Shown here one piece after another: positions 48,886 through 60,855 of a stretch of DNA of 64,000 bases. The translations under genes and the position numbers were made by a program. The stretch's first letter is position 1, and the number at the start of each line of letters is the position of its first letter. The stretch lies in the IMG/VR virus record IMGVR_UViG_3300029989_000006, one strand, 5' to 3'. The notes below the pieces were generated by a model. It searched no databases. It was given only the letters and a program-made list of their open reading frames with translations, and had not been told where the DNA came from. This DNA comes from a virus.

Positions 48886-50859
48886 TTAAGGATTACTACA
48901 ATCAGTTACAAAACTTATACTACCATAATTATCAGGTGTATTAACTACAGTTCCTGATTGTGCACATATATCTACAGCTGGATCTCCATATGAAATATTA
49001 AAACTAGATGTTCCTCCTCAACATGGTTCACATTCAAAATAAGCTATCTGTCCTGGAGTTACACATGTAGCAGAATATAATGAACATGTTCCTAATGTAG
49101 TAGTTCCTTCTGTAGTAGTTTCAGTAGTTGTATCTTCAGTAGTTGTGTTACCTGTTGTGTCCTCAGTAGTTGTTACTTCAGTAGTATTCTCAGTAGTTGT
49201 ACCTTGAGTTGTTTCTTGTGGACAACCATCTCCCTCAATTTGTGTTAACCCAGTAATTAATGGATAACCTCATTGTTCATAAGAAGGAGTACTTGCACTA
49301 TTAAATACAATATATATGGCAGAGCCATCAGTCATTATTGGATAATTTATACCACTATGATTGATTTCATTCTCAGTAGCAGCACAATACCCATAAAGTT
49401 GATCACCTTCATTAAATGGGCAGGCACTTACTACACTATAATAACCATAAGGTGTAGATGGTGTAGTTGTGTTTTCTGTCGTTATTTCCGTTGTAATAGG
49501 TAATGTTGTTGGTTGAGTTGTTGATTGAGTTGTTGATTGAGTAGTAATAGGTTGAGTTGTTTCTGTTGTAGTTTCTCCGGGACAATATTTTTGACCTGTT
49601 GAAATTACTGTTCCATTAACCCATTGATAATCTATACTAGTTCATGCATCTGTTACTGAATATATTTCATTTGCAAATATGTAATAATCTCCATCAATAT
49701 AAACTCTATCAAGAGAACTTAATTCCAAGGATGTATCTTCAATATGTTTATAATAATATCCATCATTAGGACATTTTACATAAAAAGTATAATAACTTCC
49801 TAAAACTGTACTTCCAGGTAATGTTGTTGGAGCTGTAGGAGGTATTGGAGTTGTAGGTGGAATAGTTGTTGTTGGTATAATAGTGGTTTGTTCTTCAGTA
49901 GTAGGTTCATCTGTAGTAGTTGCTAATGTATAAAAACTTAATTGATTTCCATAAGCTGTACCAGCACTATTTATTGCATAAGCCCTTACATAATATAATG
50001 TCTCAGAATATAATCCAGAGAGATAACTACTAAAACTTCCAGAACCAGATCCATCAATTGTTTTTGGATTACTAGTTGTTGGATTTTGACTTGTACTTCA
50101 ACATATTCCTCTTACAGAAATTGATGCTCCACCATTATTAGTTATATTTCCTCCAGAAAATGCATAAGAATCACTAATACCAGTAATTGAATTAGTACTA
50201 ATAGTAGGTAATACCGCTGAACTATTTATGCTAAATTGTTGTCCATAAGATGTTCCTGAAGCGTTAATAGCATAAGCTCTAATATAATAAGTTATACCTG
50301 GAGTTAATCCAGTTATAATACTTGAATATATTCCAGTTCCAGATCCATTATTAGTTTTACTATTAGTAATTGTTGGATTTTGAGAAGTACTTCAACATAC
50401 TCCTCTACTTGTAACAGTTCTATTTCCACTACTTATAACATTTCCACCACATTCTGCAGTACTTGCTCCAGTAATAGTAGGACTTAATGTTAACACAACA
50501 GGAGGTCCTAATGTTGTAGTAGGTGTAATAGTAGTAGGAATTAAAGTTGTAGGAATTAATGTAGTTGTTGGTCCAAGTGTTGTTGGATGACATTCTGCTC
50601 CATCTACTATTCCTTGTGGAATATTAGAAAGTTTATAACCAGGATTAGATTGATCTATAAATAAAATAAAATCATTATATCTTGTAGTATAATCTAAATT
50701 GGTATATAATTTTAATTCATCTGTTGTAATTAAAGGATATGATCGTCCTTGTATTGTAAAAGCATTTAGAAGATTTCATGTAGATACTGCAACTAATGCA
50801 TCATCTATATATTTATTAACTTCTAATAAATAACCTAATTTTTTTCCAGTATTCGCCAT
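48886..50859 (-). CDS. Mucin-like Thr/Pro-rich protein with two Fn3-like domains and Cys-bounded modules (657 aa); code 4
   Basis: Open from ATG 50859 to TAA 48886 when TGA = Trp. Two RG[VI]C-W-STSQNPT...YY.RAYAIN.AGT.YG repeats and four Thr-rich linkers; missed by the ORF track. Confidence 0.85.
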
Positions 50860-50871
50860 TAATATTTATAT

Positions 50872-52713
50872 TTAAATTTCTATTATTGTAACAGTATTAT
50901 TTGCTTGTAAGTATTGAATATCACCATCTGGTTGTCCCTCATTACAGGTCATTAATGCTGAGGGAACTGTTAAAGTAATTGTATTTTCTACTATACCATT
51001 AAATACACCATTAAATTCAACTGTTATACCCAAATTTGTACATAATGGAATATTAATTAGTATAAGATTTGCACAATCATAAAAACAATTATTTCCAATT
51101 GTAGTTAAATTAGGAAAATCTAAACTTATTAAACTTCCACAATTATAAAAACATCATTCTCCAGTAATAGTTAAATTAGGTAAAGTTACAGTATTAAGAT
51201 AAATGCATCCACTATAATTGCGTGAACCAAAACAATTATTTCCAGCAATAATAATACATCCAGCATTATCCTCAAATCCTCTTATGTTAATACCATAACC
51301 ACCTACATCATCAAATAAATTATCTTTTAATATAATATTAGATCCTCCATAAAGATTAACTACATTATCAATAACATTAACAGAAGTAAATGGAGTTCCA
51401 TTAGTAGGTAAATCAAAAAATGTATTTCAATCACTAACATTAGACGAACTACCAGAAATTAATAAATCTGCATAAGTAATATTAATAAGTGTAAGTTTTA
51501 ATGATTGTTCTTCAACAGTTGTTGTTATAATTGTAGTAGTTGTAGTAGTTTCTTCTATAGTAGTTATAGTATCTATATATCTACTTCTTGCCCCACTTGT
51601 TAAATCATGTCATACTGTATTATCTTCAATTATAGGAATAATGGAATGATCTCTATATTGTGTTTCTTTTAAATCTTCAGCCATTCACCATTGTGAATCT
51701 ATTAATACACAATTATATCTACGTGAATCATTTCCTACATAAATTGCATGATTATCTAAAATTTCAATAGGAGTATCTACAATTAATCGGATTGAAAAAC
51801 CACTATTTATTGAATAATTATGTCCTTTATTTAAAGAATTTGAATAGTCATTTAGGAAAATGTATGTTGGAATTCCATAATATAAAGTTGATATTCAAAA
51901 TCATGTTGTATAACCCTTATAATAACACTCACCTGAATTATCTCTATATCCTCCTGGTTTTGCAGTAAATCCAAAATCATTTGTACTTCCTGAATCAGTA
52001 ATTCAGTTTTCAGTACCTATTTCTTTTAATTTTCCCCCTGCAATTCCAATATCTCCTAAAAATGTTATTAAGGTATTAATCTCATTATTTGTTGGCACAT
52101 GTGCATTTGAATTGGAAATATTTCTTTCATCTAATATAGTATAGCCATTATATAAATATATATTATCATATTCATCTATAGTTGTTGATAAAGTAGTTCC
52201 TATTGTGGTTTCAGTACTAGTAGGTTCTGTTGTAGTTATAGTAGATTCTGTTGTAACTTCAGTTGTTGTTTCTTCAATAGTAGTCTCTTCAATAGTAGTC
52301 TCTTCTGTTGTAGGTATTTCTAAATATTGACATATTCAGGTTCTAAATATAGATATAAAAGAATTATGTGGAACTTTATATTGACACACAAATTCATTAA
52401 TATTTGTATTATAAAATATGTATAAAATATGTTGACAAATATATTTATTAAATCTTGACGTGTATGATATTATTGGAATAGTAGTTGTTGTAGGAATTAT
52501 TATATTTAATGCTTGACAAACAGAATTTACTCATAAAGAATCATAAGATAATTTTGAAACATGTGTAGTAGTTGTATCAACAATAATCTGACATAAATAC
52601 TCATTAAATTGAGAATAATAAGAAACTAATTCTTCTATTTGTTCACAACTAAAATCAGTAAATTTTACACAATATCTTTTAAAATCCAGTACTGGTGGAC
52701 AAATATTACTCAT
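50872..52713 (-). CDS. Mucin-like Thr-rich protein with permuted FISUMP domain and C-terminal BspA-like LRR (613 aa); code 4
   Basis: Thr/Glu-rich tract, then AGGKLKEIGTEN-W...GFTAKPGGYR...GFSIRLI...QW-W-MAEDL, then LPNLTITGE-W-CFYNC / FPNLTTIGNNCFYDC repeats. Confidence 0.8.
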
Positions 52714-52852
52714 GTGGATAAATACTTTCTATATATTTAATGAATCAAATTTTTTGTACAATAGATTCTCATTTAACAAATCTTCCAAATTTAGATAACT
52801 CTACTAAGTTTTCTACTTCATGTATTACATCTAATTTAAGTTCATTAAGCAT
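52706..52852 (-). CDS. Small hypothetical protein (48 aa); code 4
   Basis: Fills the gap with overlaps at both ends; two TGA codons. Confidence 0.45.
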
Positions 52853-53648
52853 GGCAATTACAGTTATTAGTTGTTGTAGTGACATATTCTTTACATACTG
52901 AACAAAATGATGCATCATATATTAATTTTGATGCCTTATAATATTGAAGTAATTCAACATAATATGTTACTGTATTAGTTATAGAAAAAATCATATCTCT
53001 TTTTCTACATAATTCTGTAAATTCATTGTTATTCTTAATACAAGTTGGATCAGTATATTTTGTTGCAAATTCTGCCAATATAAAATCTAAACATTTTAAT
53101 AAATAACATTGACTAATAACATCTATTTTAGTTATTAATACATTACTATTTGTTAGATTAAAAGTAGTAGTTAATAATGTATAGATATCAACAACTGTTT
53201 CTATTCCATTATTTACAGTATATACTTTTAGATCTGATTTTACATAATAATTATGATTTGAAGAAATTGCTCTAGTTATATTTTTAATAGATTCTTTTGG
53301 AATACCAATTGAATATATTGAAAAATATCCATCTTCAGTTAATGAAGTTATTTGATTAATCCCTGCATTAAATACCAAAGTAGCAAAATCTTCTCCTGGA
53401 ACATATGGAACCAATCTTCCAGTATTACTTGTAGAAGTTACATTTGTAAAAGTTCCGTTATGATTATTCTTAATTATATATGTAAAAAAGTATACATCAT
53501 CAATATAATAATCTTTTAAAGCTGTAGGAGTATCTACTCCTGGTTTTAGAAATCCACTAGGATTATCTGAACTCTTAAATTCTGTTGTATTATTAGTTTG
53601 AAGACTACAATTATTTAAAGAGCAAAAATCATTTTTAATTATTACCAT
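52845..53648 (-). CDS. Hypothetical structural protein with Cys-rich C-terminus
   Basis: ORF after the portal; the ATG at 53648 follows the portal stop. Confidence 0.55.
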   Translation of the reverse strand: MVIIKNDFCSLNNCSLQTNNTTEFKSSDNPSGFLKPGVDTPTALKDYYIDDVYFFTYIIKNNHNGTFTNVTSTSNTGRLVPYVPGEDFATLVFNAGINQITSLTEDGYFSIYSIGIPKESIKNITRAISSNHNYYVKSDLKVYTVNNGIETVVDIYTLLTTTFNLTNSNVLITKIDVISQCYLLKCLDFILAEFATKYTDPTCIKNNNEFTELCRKRDMIFSITNTVTYYVELLQYYKASKLIYDASFCSVCKEYVTTTTNNCNCHA

Positions 53649-53650
53649 TT

Positions 53651-55876
53651 TTAATATTTTCAAGTACTGTTTTTAACCTCATCATTTCTATGATTTTCAT
53701 CTAATAATTGTAGCCCTTCAAGTTGTACACCTTTCTTTTCTAACTCTAATTTCTCTTCGTTAAAACTATTTAAGGTTTTAGCTTGATACCATTTCAATTG
53801 TTTTTCAAATTCCAATCTATCTCTTTCAAGTTGTAACTTGTCTGCAGATAGTTTTTGAACTTCTTGTTGTAACTTTTGAGCTTCAGATGTTGTTTCTTTC
53901 AATTGTTTATCCAATTGTTCAACTTGCTGAGATAATTGTCCAAGTTGATTATTTTCTTTTCTTTTCTTATTTAATGCTAATAAAACATCTTCTTTCATTC
54001 TTGTTAATCCTGAAGAAGTAATTACTTCCAGAATAATTTCTGGATCAACATTTCCTGCTTTTATAAATTCAGAAGATAATTGTTTTATTGTTTCTTGTTC
54101 TTTCATTATTTCTGTAGTATCTGATACATGTATATCATAATCAGTTATTGTATAATGTTCTGGTAATGCAGTAAATACTTTATTTAATCTATCACCTAGA
54201 ATTAATGTTCCAGAAATTCCTTTCTTATAAATAATTTTAGCAAGGTTAAGAATATCAAGTAATATTTCTCTTGTCATTAAATCCATGACTTGATAATATT
54301 GTTTTGTAATAAAAAATGATTGTTGTACTCCAACTTTAACATTTGTTACTGCATCTTTTTGTTCTATTCCTCCAAGTTTTTCTTTAAAAACTCCAGTAAT
54401 AGTTGAACAAGTTTCTTCTACTCTTTGTATAGCTAATTCAATTGCCTGTATTGCATTTAATTTAACTGTATCATCATATCCACCAAAAGTTGTATTCATA
54501 GGAGGTAATCCTTCTTGAGAAGAATCTATAATTTTTATACCAGTTTTTCCATATGCTTTCCATTTCATTAATCTTTCAGTTAAATCTGATCCTAAAACTT
54601 TTGGTAAATATGCTATATCTAATCAATCACCAGTAGAACCTGATTCTGCAATAATATTATCTCTATAAAAATGTAATATATCAAATTTATCCTGTAAATT
54701 AGCTGTGCTTAAAATTAAAGACCAAGGATCTCCATTTCTATCTGCATAAAACATTCCATTAATAGTTAGTGAACAATGTTTTGGATTATCAGCACTTCTA
54801 ATTATATTTTTTGATAAACCTGTTGGAATAAATATATTAGTTCCAATACGAGTTCCTTCATATCTATTCATAATATATTCATTATTTTTATCCTTTTCAG
54901 ATTTTAATCATTCTACTTCATATACAGGATATACTCTAAAATACTTAGAAGTATTTCTTTCATAAGGTAATAGAGGTGTAACTTCAAATCCTCCTAAAAT
55001 TCCATCAGAGATAGTATTTCCAGTAGTTGAATCATAACTTCTTAGATAAGTTGTAGTAGAACCATCAATACTGAAATCTTCCATATCTTCTAATTTCTCT
55101 AAATCATCTGGAGTAAGTATATCTCCATATCTTGCAAAGATTTGATCTTTTGTAAGATATTCACGAGATACTGCTCTCATTGAATCTTTTAAATATGGTG
55201 ATTCAGAATTTCTATCAATAAAAGTATTGATTGGATTTAGTACTTTTAATTGAACATTTTCCTTAGAATCAGATGCAAGTACTCTATAATAACATGTACC
55301 TGATACTAACATATCAGTTAATATTGTTTTTCTTTTATTAGTAAAATCAATGTTTCTTGATTGCATTGCTCAATCTATAATATTTTGTCCTGCAATTTCG
55401 TAATCAGATATGAAATTTCTTTCAGTTGCCTCTAATACTTTATCAAGTTCTTCCTGTATTTGTGAATCAGGAGTTCCTGGTTTTCCTTGTAAAGCAGAAT
55501 AAATTTGATTTTGTAAATGTTGTTTCAATACATTTACAATTTCAGAATTTATTTTTAATTGTTTATCTCTATGAATATTAGATAAAGTATCTTCATCTTT
55601 GCATGAAATTCTTGGAAGTAATGGTGTTGATAAATATTCCCCAATTAAAACATCTACATGTTTTCTCACCAAAGGAATAAACTCTACTGATGTAGGTGTA
55701 CCTATACCATAATTTTCTTCTAGATGCCTAAATTGCTCAGGATCTCTTTTTCCATGATAATAATTATAGGCTTTAATTAATTGAGTTTTTTCATAAACTA
55801 ACTCATTAATTGCTCTGTTAATATTATCAAGAATTTCTTGTTCTTGTTCTTGTTTATTCTTTTTCTTTTGAGTCAT
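53651..55876 (-). CDS. Portal protein (741 aa); code 4
   Basis: Four same-frame fragments joined by TGA; AYNYYHG, IPLVRKHVDVLIGE, ITGV...LGGI and a coiled-coil C-terminus; downstream of TerL. Confidence 0.85.
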
Positions 55877-56129
55877 TTGTTCTAATTACTTTATACATAT
55901 CAGCTCTCATGTAATTTCTTGTTCTTATTTCTGCATAAATAAAATTTAAAAAACTTTCATCATTATCATAATCACATGTAATTGTTGTAGGAAACATATA
56001 ACTAGGAATACCTATAATAAAAACATAACCTGGATTAAGTTTCTTTACTTGCAATAATCCAATATACTCTGCTTTATAACAATTCTTTATATAATCAAGA
56101 ATCACTTGCCTTAATTCTACTTCGTCCAT
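55854..56129 (-). CDS. Small hypothetical protein between TerL and portal
   Basis: Likely start MDEVELRQ at 56129. Confidence 0.55.
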   Translation of the reverse strand: MDEVELRQVILDYIKNCYKAEYIGLLQVKKLNPGYVFIIGIPSYMFPTTITCDYDNDESFLNFIYAEIRTRNYMRADMYKVIRTNDSKEKE

Positions 56130-58188
56130 TTCTTTCTTCTTCAGTTTTAGGTATTTTACCTCAATGTTTATAACCATTTCTATCAGTAAATCATCCTATA
56201 TCACTAAATGTTTTACCCTTTGGTTCTCTTTCTTCTGGTTTTTTAAAAGATAATTCCTCATCTCCTAATTCAGCCATTCCCATAGCTGCCACAATATCAA
56301 AGTCTTTCTTTTTCTCATCAGAATAGTTTAATAATTGTTCAACCATTTCTCTAAATGCAATTGTATGAGAATAATCTAAACAAAAATCATATATCAATTC
56401 TCTATAGTGTGTAATTACTTTTAAAGTTGCAGGAGTTCCTCTCATTTGTGAATTACCTTTAGATACATCTGGCATAGTCGCACGTGGACGTTTCATTAAT
56501 AATTCTATCATTTTTTTATCTCTAAAATAAGTAGAGATAGCTGTTCTAGTTGATTCTAAAACTGCTTGGCAACCATAATAAGTTAATAATTTTGCTGCAT
56601 TATCATAAGCTTCTCTAGGATCTCTGGGTCTATCTTTATATATTGCAACATACATTGGTTCAGATATTCCAAATACTCTTTTCTTAATTACTATACAGAA
56701 ATCAGAAACAGTTTTATCATCTTGATTAGATGTATCATCAGTTCCTATATCAATAGAGTCAATTCCTCCAACATATAAATTCTTATAGTCTAGTCCTGCT
56801 TCAGATAATAACGGATGTTCAATTATTAAAATCTTTCCATCACCTTCTTCTCTTCCTTCTCTTCATTTTACTCCAGTGGGATTATCTTTATCATCTCTCT
56901 GCCAAACTAAAGATCCAAAATGTGGTTTTGGAACATCTTTATAAATATCAATCCTTGCCATTTGCTCTGCAAGTTCTTCTCTTGGAAACATATTATCACC
57001 TTGTTGGATTAATGCTTCCTCAATTGTAAAACAGAACTCTGCTTTAAAGATTAATAAACTTTTAGGGTTTGCAACCTTTGTTTTTCTAATCTCATTTCAA
57101 TATTCTTCTGCTGCATCTCTATTACATCATCCTCTTTTGTCTACTAAACTTGCAACCATTCTAGTTGCAGGAATAAACATTCCAGTTAAAATATATTTTC
57201 TATCAGGAGTATAATTATGTCTAACCTTTAAAATATTATAAACATCTGGTTTAAGAATTAAATCTCTCATTCCAGCTACAGCAGCTCCTTTATCTCCACC
57301 TGTACCCCAAGCAATTCGTATTCCAATTCTATCTCCTCCAAGTACAGTTACTAACGCTTCTGCTTGTAAGAATTTTTCAAGTAATATTTTATCAGCTCCG
57401 GCTTCTTCAAATAAAATTCTTTCAGTTCTATCTCCTCTGATTTTCTCAGCTGAGTCTACAACTAATCCTTCTATTTCAGACATATGCCCAGTTTCTCCAC
57501 CATCTCTTAATTTCTTAGAAGCACGTTTATGCATGGCAGAATTCTGAACCATTCTTACACGTTTAAATGCTCCTTCAGTTTCAGATGATAACCAATCTAA
57601 TTGGAACCAGGCTTTAGCTAATAATGGTTTTAATAATTTCTCAGAGAATGCAGATGCAACAACTCTATAATTTGGTGTTGTAATAAAAGGTCTAACACAT
57701 AAACAAGCACCCATTTCGGAATAACCTAACGCACGTGCTTTAAGAAGTCCCACATCCTTTCTTAATATTTCACACATTTCAACATAATGAAAAAACTCAT
57801 ACTGAAATACTAAAAATCTAGGAAAAGCCATTGTTCTACCTGAACCAGCTTTTGCATCTTTATCAGAATCTTTTAAGTGGTAAAAATTTAATCAAAAATA
57901 ATTATCACCAGTGATTCTATATCCATTAATTTCATAACCTTCTTTACATCTTTTAAATTTTTCATCCCAAAAATCACGATAACTTTTAGTTCCAACTATA
58001 GTTTTACTATATCTTCCAGTTTTAATTTTTGTAATAGCATCAGGTCTAAATCAATCAGGATTAAAATCTAATCCTTTAGTATCATTAATAGGTCGATAAC
58101 CAGTTATTTCATATGATAATTCTGGATCAAAATACTCAATTTTCTGATCTATTGGTATATCTCACTTAACTGTAAATTCCTTAATCAT
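56074..58188 (-). CDS. terL: Terminase large subunit (704 aa); code 4
   Basis: YRITGDNYF-W-LNF, LKARALGYS (Walker A region), ILFEEAG, WGTGG, nuclease YVGGIDSID and DIVAAMG; about nine in-frame TGAs. Confidence 0.9.
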
Positions 58189-58756
58189 ATGTTCCTGCCT
58201 CCATATTTCCTCTTAATCCATTAGAAGGCTCAATCTCTTTCTTAACTTGTTGTTCTAACTCATTAAGTGTTACAATTAAATCTTTACACCCTTTTATTTC
58301 CGCAATTAAATCTTTAGATTTAAAAATTGGTTTTCCAGTTAATGGATCTCTTTCATTTAAATCTATATGATTTAAATAATATATCTGAGACTCTACAGCA
58401 TTCATTGCACTCTTTAATAATCTTAAAGGAATACTAGAATTCTGCAACTCATCATATTTTCTGCAAGCACTTCTAAATTCTGGATCATTGAATTGTTCAT
58501 TTGTTAATCCAGAATCTTGTAATGCACCTTCATGTCTATCTTGTTCAGGTATACTAAAATATGGACTTTCCCAATCAAAGAATAAATAAATATATTGAAA
58601 CTCTTTAAATGCTCTTTCTTTATTTTTACCTATTTTATCAGATTTTGTTTTGTTTCTTGTTAATTCCATTAATATAGCAAACTCTTTTATTGCTAAAATA
58701 CCAATATCATTGAGTGCTACACATTCATTATCCTTATCATATTGAAAAAATTTCAT
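58181..58756 (-). CDS. Probable terminase small subunit
   Basis: Directly upstream of and overlapping TerL; helical 191-aa protein ending LRG.....YD. Confidence 0.5.
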   Translation of the reverse strand: MKFFQYDKDNECVALNDIGILAIKEFAILMELTRNKTKSDKIGKNKERAFKEFQYIYLFFDWESPYFSIPEQDRHEGALQDSGLTNEQFNDPEFRSACRKYDELQNSSIPLRLLKSAMNAVESQIYYLNHIDLNERDPLTGKPIFKSKDLIAEIKGCKDLIVTLNELEQQVKKEIEPSNGLRGNMEAGTYD

Positions 58757-58759
58757 ACA

Positions 58760-60031
58760 CTATTTTTTAGGTTTTACTTTAAAATTAGGTTTTGCTTTCT
58801 TTACTTTTTCTATAACTTGTTTATTTGAAATATCAGGTTTCTTTGTTTCAAAATTAGGAACAAAACTTGGCTTTACTTTAGGTTTTACTTGTACTTGTTT
58901 AATAAAGTTTCCACCTTTCTTCATAAGATGTGGATTTGTTGTTTTTCCAAAATTGGGTACCATTGTTTTTCCAACAAACTCAATAGGTCTTGTTTGAGTA
59001 ATACCTGCTATTTCTTTTAAAGGAGTTTCTTGTTTTCTTGATGCAATATTTTTCATTCTTGCAATAAAATCTAAATTCTGTTCAGCAGTTCCTTTATAAT
59101 TCTCTATTCCTAAAGTTTTTGCTAAAAGTTTTCTATCTACCATTCCATTATTTAATCCAATAGATTTTAAATAATCAACTATTGATGCATTAGGATTTGC
59201 TATACCTGTTGTGGCTGTTGTATCTGTTATAATTGGTTTTACACCAGGTTTACTAACTATACCTTCAGGAACATTAATTGATCCATTTGTATTTTTAAAT
59301 ATATTATTTAAAATAGATGGATCTGTTCCATAAGAAATAACTTGTGTACCTGATTCATTTTCTTTTAATTTATTTAAAATTTCATTTGATCTAAATTGTG
59401 CTAGTGGGTCAGTCTGTAATCCTATATCTATTTTTGTATTAACTATATTTGCACCTTGAGTAGAAACTCTAGTATCATTTACTCTATTATTAAAAGCTTC
59501 TACTATCGGGGTAAGTAGATTAAGATTAGAATTTATAACTGCACCAGGTCTTCCATGATATATAGGTTTATCTAACCATTCAACAACCTTGGGATTCATT
59601 ACAGCTTGTCCACCTGCTAATTTTTGAATTAATCCACCAGATTCTTTTTTATCAACTTTTCCACCCTTACAATTACAAGCACATTTGGAAATCATTGTTC
59701 CCCCTTCAGCTTTAACTTCTATCATATTGCAACCACAACCACATTTTTTAGGTGTTGCTTTTCCTTTTTTTAACTTTAATAAATACCCTCCCTTTTTAGC
59801 AGAGACTACTTCGTTATCTTCCTCATTAATTACCTTATCAACAGTTCCATCTGGATCTTCTTCGTAATCAGAAAATAATTGTTGTGGATCCTTTTTTAGA
59901 ATCAATTTTTTAATATGATCCTGAAGTTCTGGTTTCATATCTCCATTTTCGTCTAGGATATCTTCTTCTGTATAACCCCTTTTCTTTAAATAATTTATAG
60001 CGAAATTACTCACCAATTCTTCTTGATTCAT
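58760..60031 (-). CDS. Putative virion cargo protein with DUF3597-like segment
   Basis: Repeated K.GG motifs, a Cys cluster, and SIVDYLKSIG...RKLLAKTLGIENYKGTAEQN. Confidence 0.5.
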   Translation of the reverse strand: MNQEELVSNFAINYLKKRGYTEEDILDENGDMKPELQDHIKKLILKKDPQQLFSDYEEDPDGTVDKVINEEDNEVVSAKKGGYLLKLKKGKATPKKCGCGCNMIEVKAEGGTMISKCACNCKGGKVDKKESGGLIQKLAGGQAVMNPKVVEWLDKPIYHGRPGAVINSNLNLLTPIVEAFNNRVNDTRVSTQGANIVNTKIDIGLQTDPLAQFRSNEILNKLKENESGTQVISYGTDPSILNNIFKNTNGSINVPEGIVSKPGVKPIITDTTATTGIANPNASIVDYLKSIGLNNGMVDRKLLAKTLGIENYKGTAEQNLDFIARMKNIASRKQETPLKEIAGITQTRPIEFVGKTMVPNFGKTTNPHLMKKGGNFIKQVQVKPKVKPSFVPNFETKKPDISNKQVIEKVKKAKPNFKVKPKK

Positions 60032-60066
60032 GTTTTTATAATTTTATTAAATAATCTTTTTAGTAA

Positions 60067-60288
60067 CTATAATTTTTGCAAATCCTTAGTATTATAAATT
60101 GCGTCTTGTAATTCTCCTGTGGTTGTAAACCATCTACATAAGATTCCTTGAAAGAAATCACCATTAATATTTCCAGTTCTAATTGTCTTTGTTACTTTTT
60201 TAACAACAATCATGATTGGTTTGTTAGGTAACTTTTGACGTAAAGTAACCAAATCGCCAGGTAGAAAATATATTTTTTCATTATCCAT
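60067..60288 (-). CDS. YodC/DUF2158 family protein
   Basis: FLPGDLVTLR...PIMIV...CRWF pattern. Confidence 0.7.
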   Translation of the reverse strand: MDNEKIYFLPGDLVTLRQKLPNKPIMIVVKKVTKTIRTGNINGDFFQGILCRWFTTTGELQDAIYNTKDLQKL

Positions 60289-60820
60289 TTTTAATTTTAT
60301 TAAATCTTTCTGTTAATCCTTCATTTAATGCACACAATATTTGTGGTTCACTTGTTTGAATCCAACCTAATGATAGAAAAGGTACTGGATATACAGTTCT
60401 TGTATCATAAAACACATCATCATTAGTTTTTAAATAATGACATTCTGGCCCAATCTCAATTACTTTAGCGCAACCTACAAAAGTTTTTAACGTATCTTTC
60501 TCTCCAGAATCTGGATTATTAAAAGATCCATTATACTCAACAATAATTCCTCCTTTACTCGCAAGTTTCCTATAAGGATTTTCAGGATAAGGTAATAATA
60601 TTACTTTATTACCTAAAGGAATTAATTCAAGTTTTTCTAATTTCTTATCTAATTCTTCTTGTTTTTGTAAAGCAAGTTCACGATATAGTTTACCTGCTTC
60701 TTCTAAATCTTTTTCAGCTTTAATTTCTTCCACTTGTTTTTTTAATGGACTTTCTGGAATAATTAATTTGTTTTTACCTGAAAAGTAAAATTTTGATTCT
60801 TGTTCTTCTTTTAAACTCAT
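60281..60820 (-). CDS. GroES-like co-chaperonin domain protein
   Basis: LIPLGNKVIL...KGGIIV...AKVIEIGP...DDVFY. Confidence 0.7.
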   Translation of the reverse strand: MSLKEEQESKFYFSGKNKLIIPESPLKKQVEEIKAEKDLEEAGKLYRELALQKQEELDKKLEKLELIPLGNKVILLPYPENPYRKLASKGGIIVEYNGSFNNPDSGEKDTLKTFVGCAKVIEIGPECHYLKTNDDVFYDTRTVYPVPFLSLGWIQTSEPQILCALNEGLTERFNKIKNG

Positions 60821-60855
60821 TTTCTAATTTTCTTATTAACATTTACATTTATCTT

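Noticed and set aside
49500-52310. CRISPR-like repeats
   Set aside because: The repeats are short, contiguous, in-frame Thr codon repeats without spacers.
45298-52713. Diversity-generating retroelement targeting FISUMP domains
   Set aside because: No reverse transcriptase is in the window, and the two FISUMP copies are too divergent to be a TR/VR pair with adenine-specific differences.
525-59867. Plus-strand ORFs in the track (e.g. 9693-10148, 21797-22264, 24448-24801)
   Set aside because: They are antisense shadows of long minus-strand genes with no recognisable motifs.
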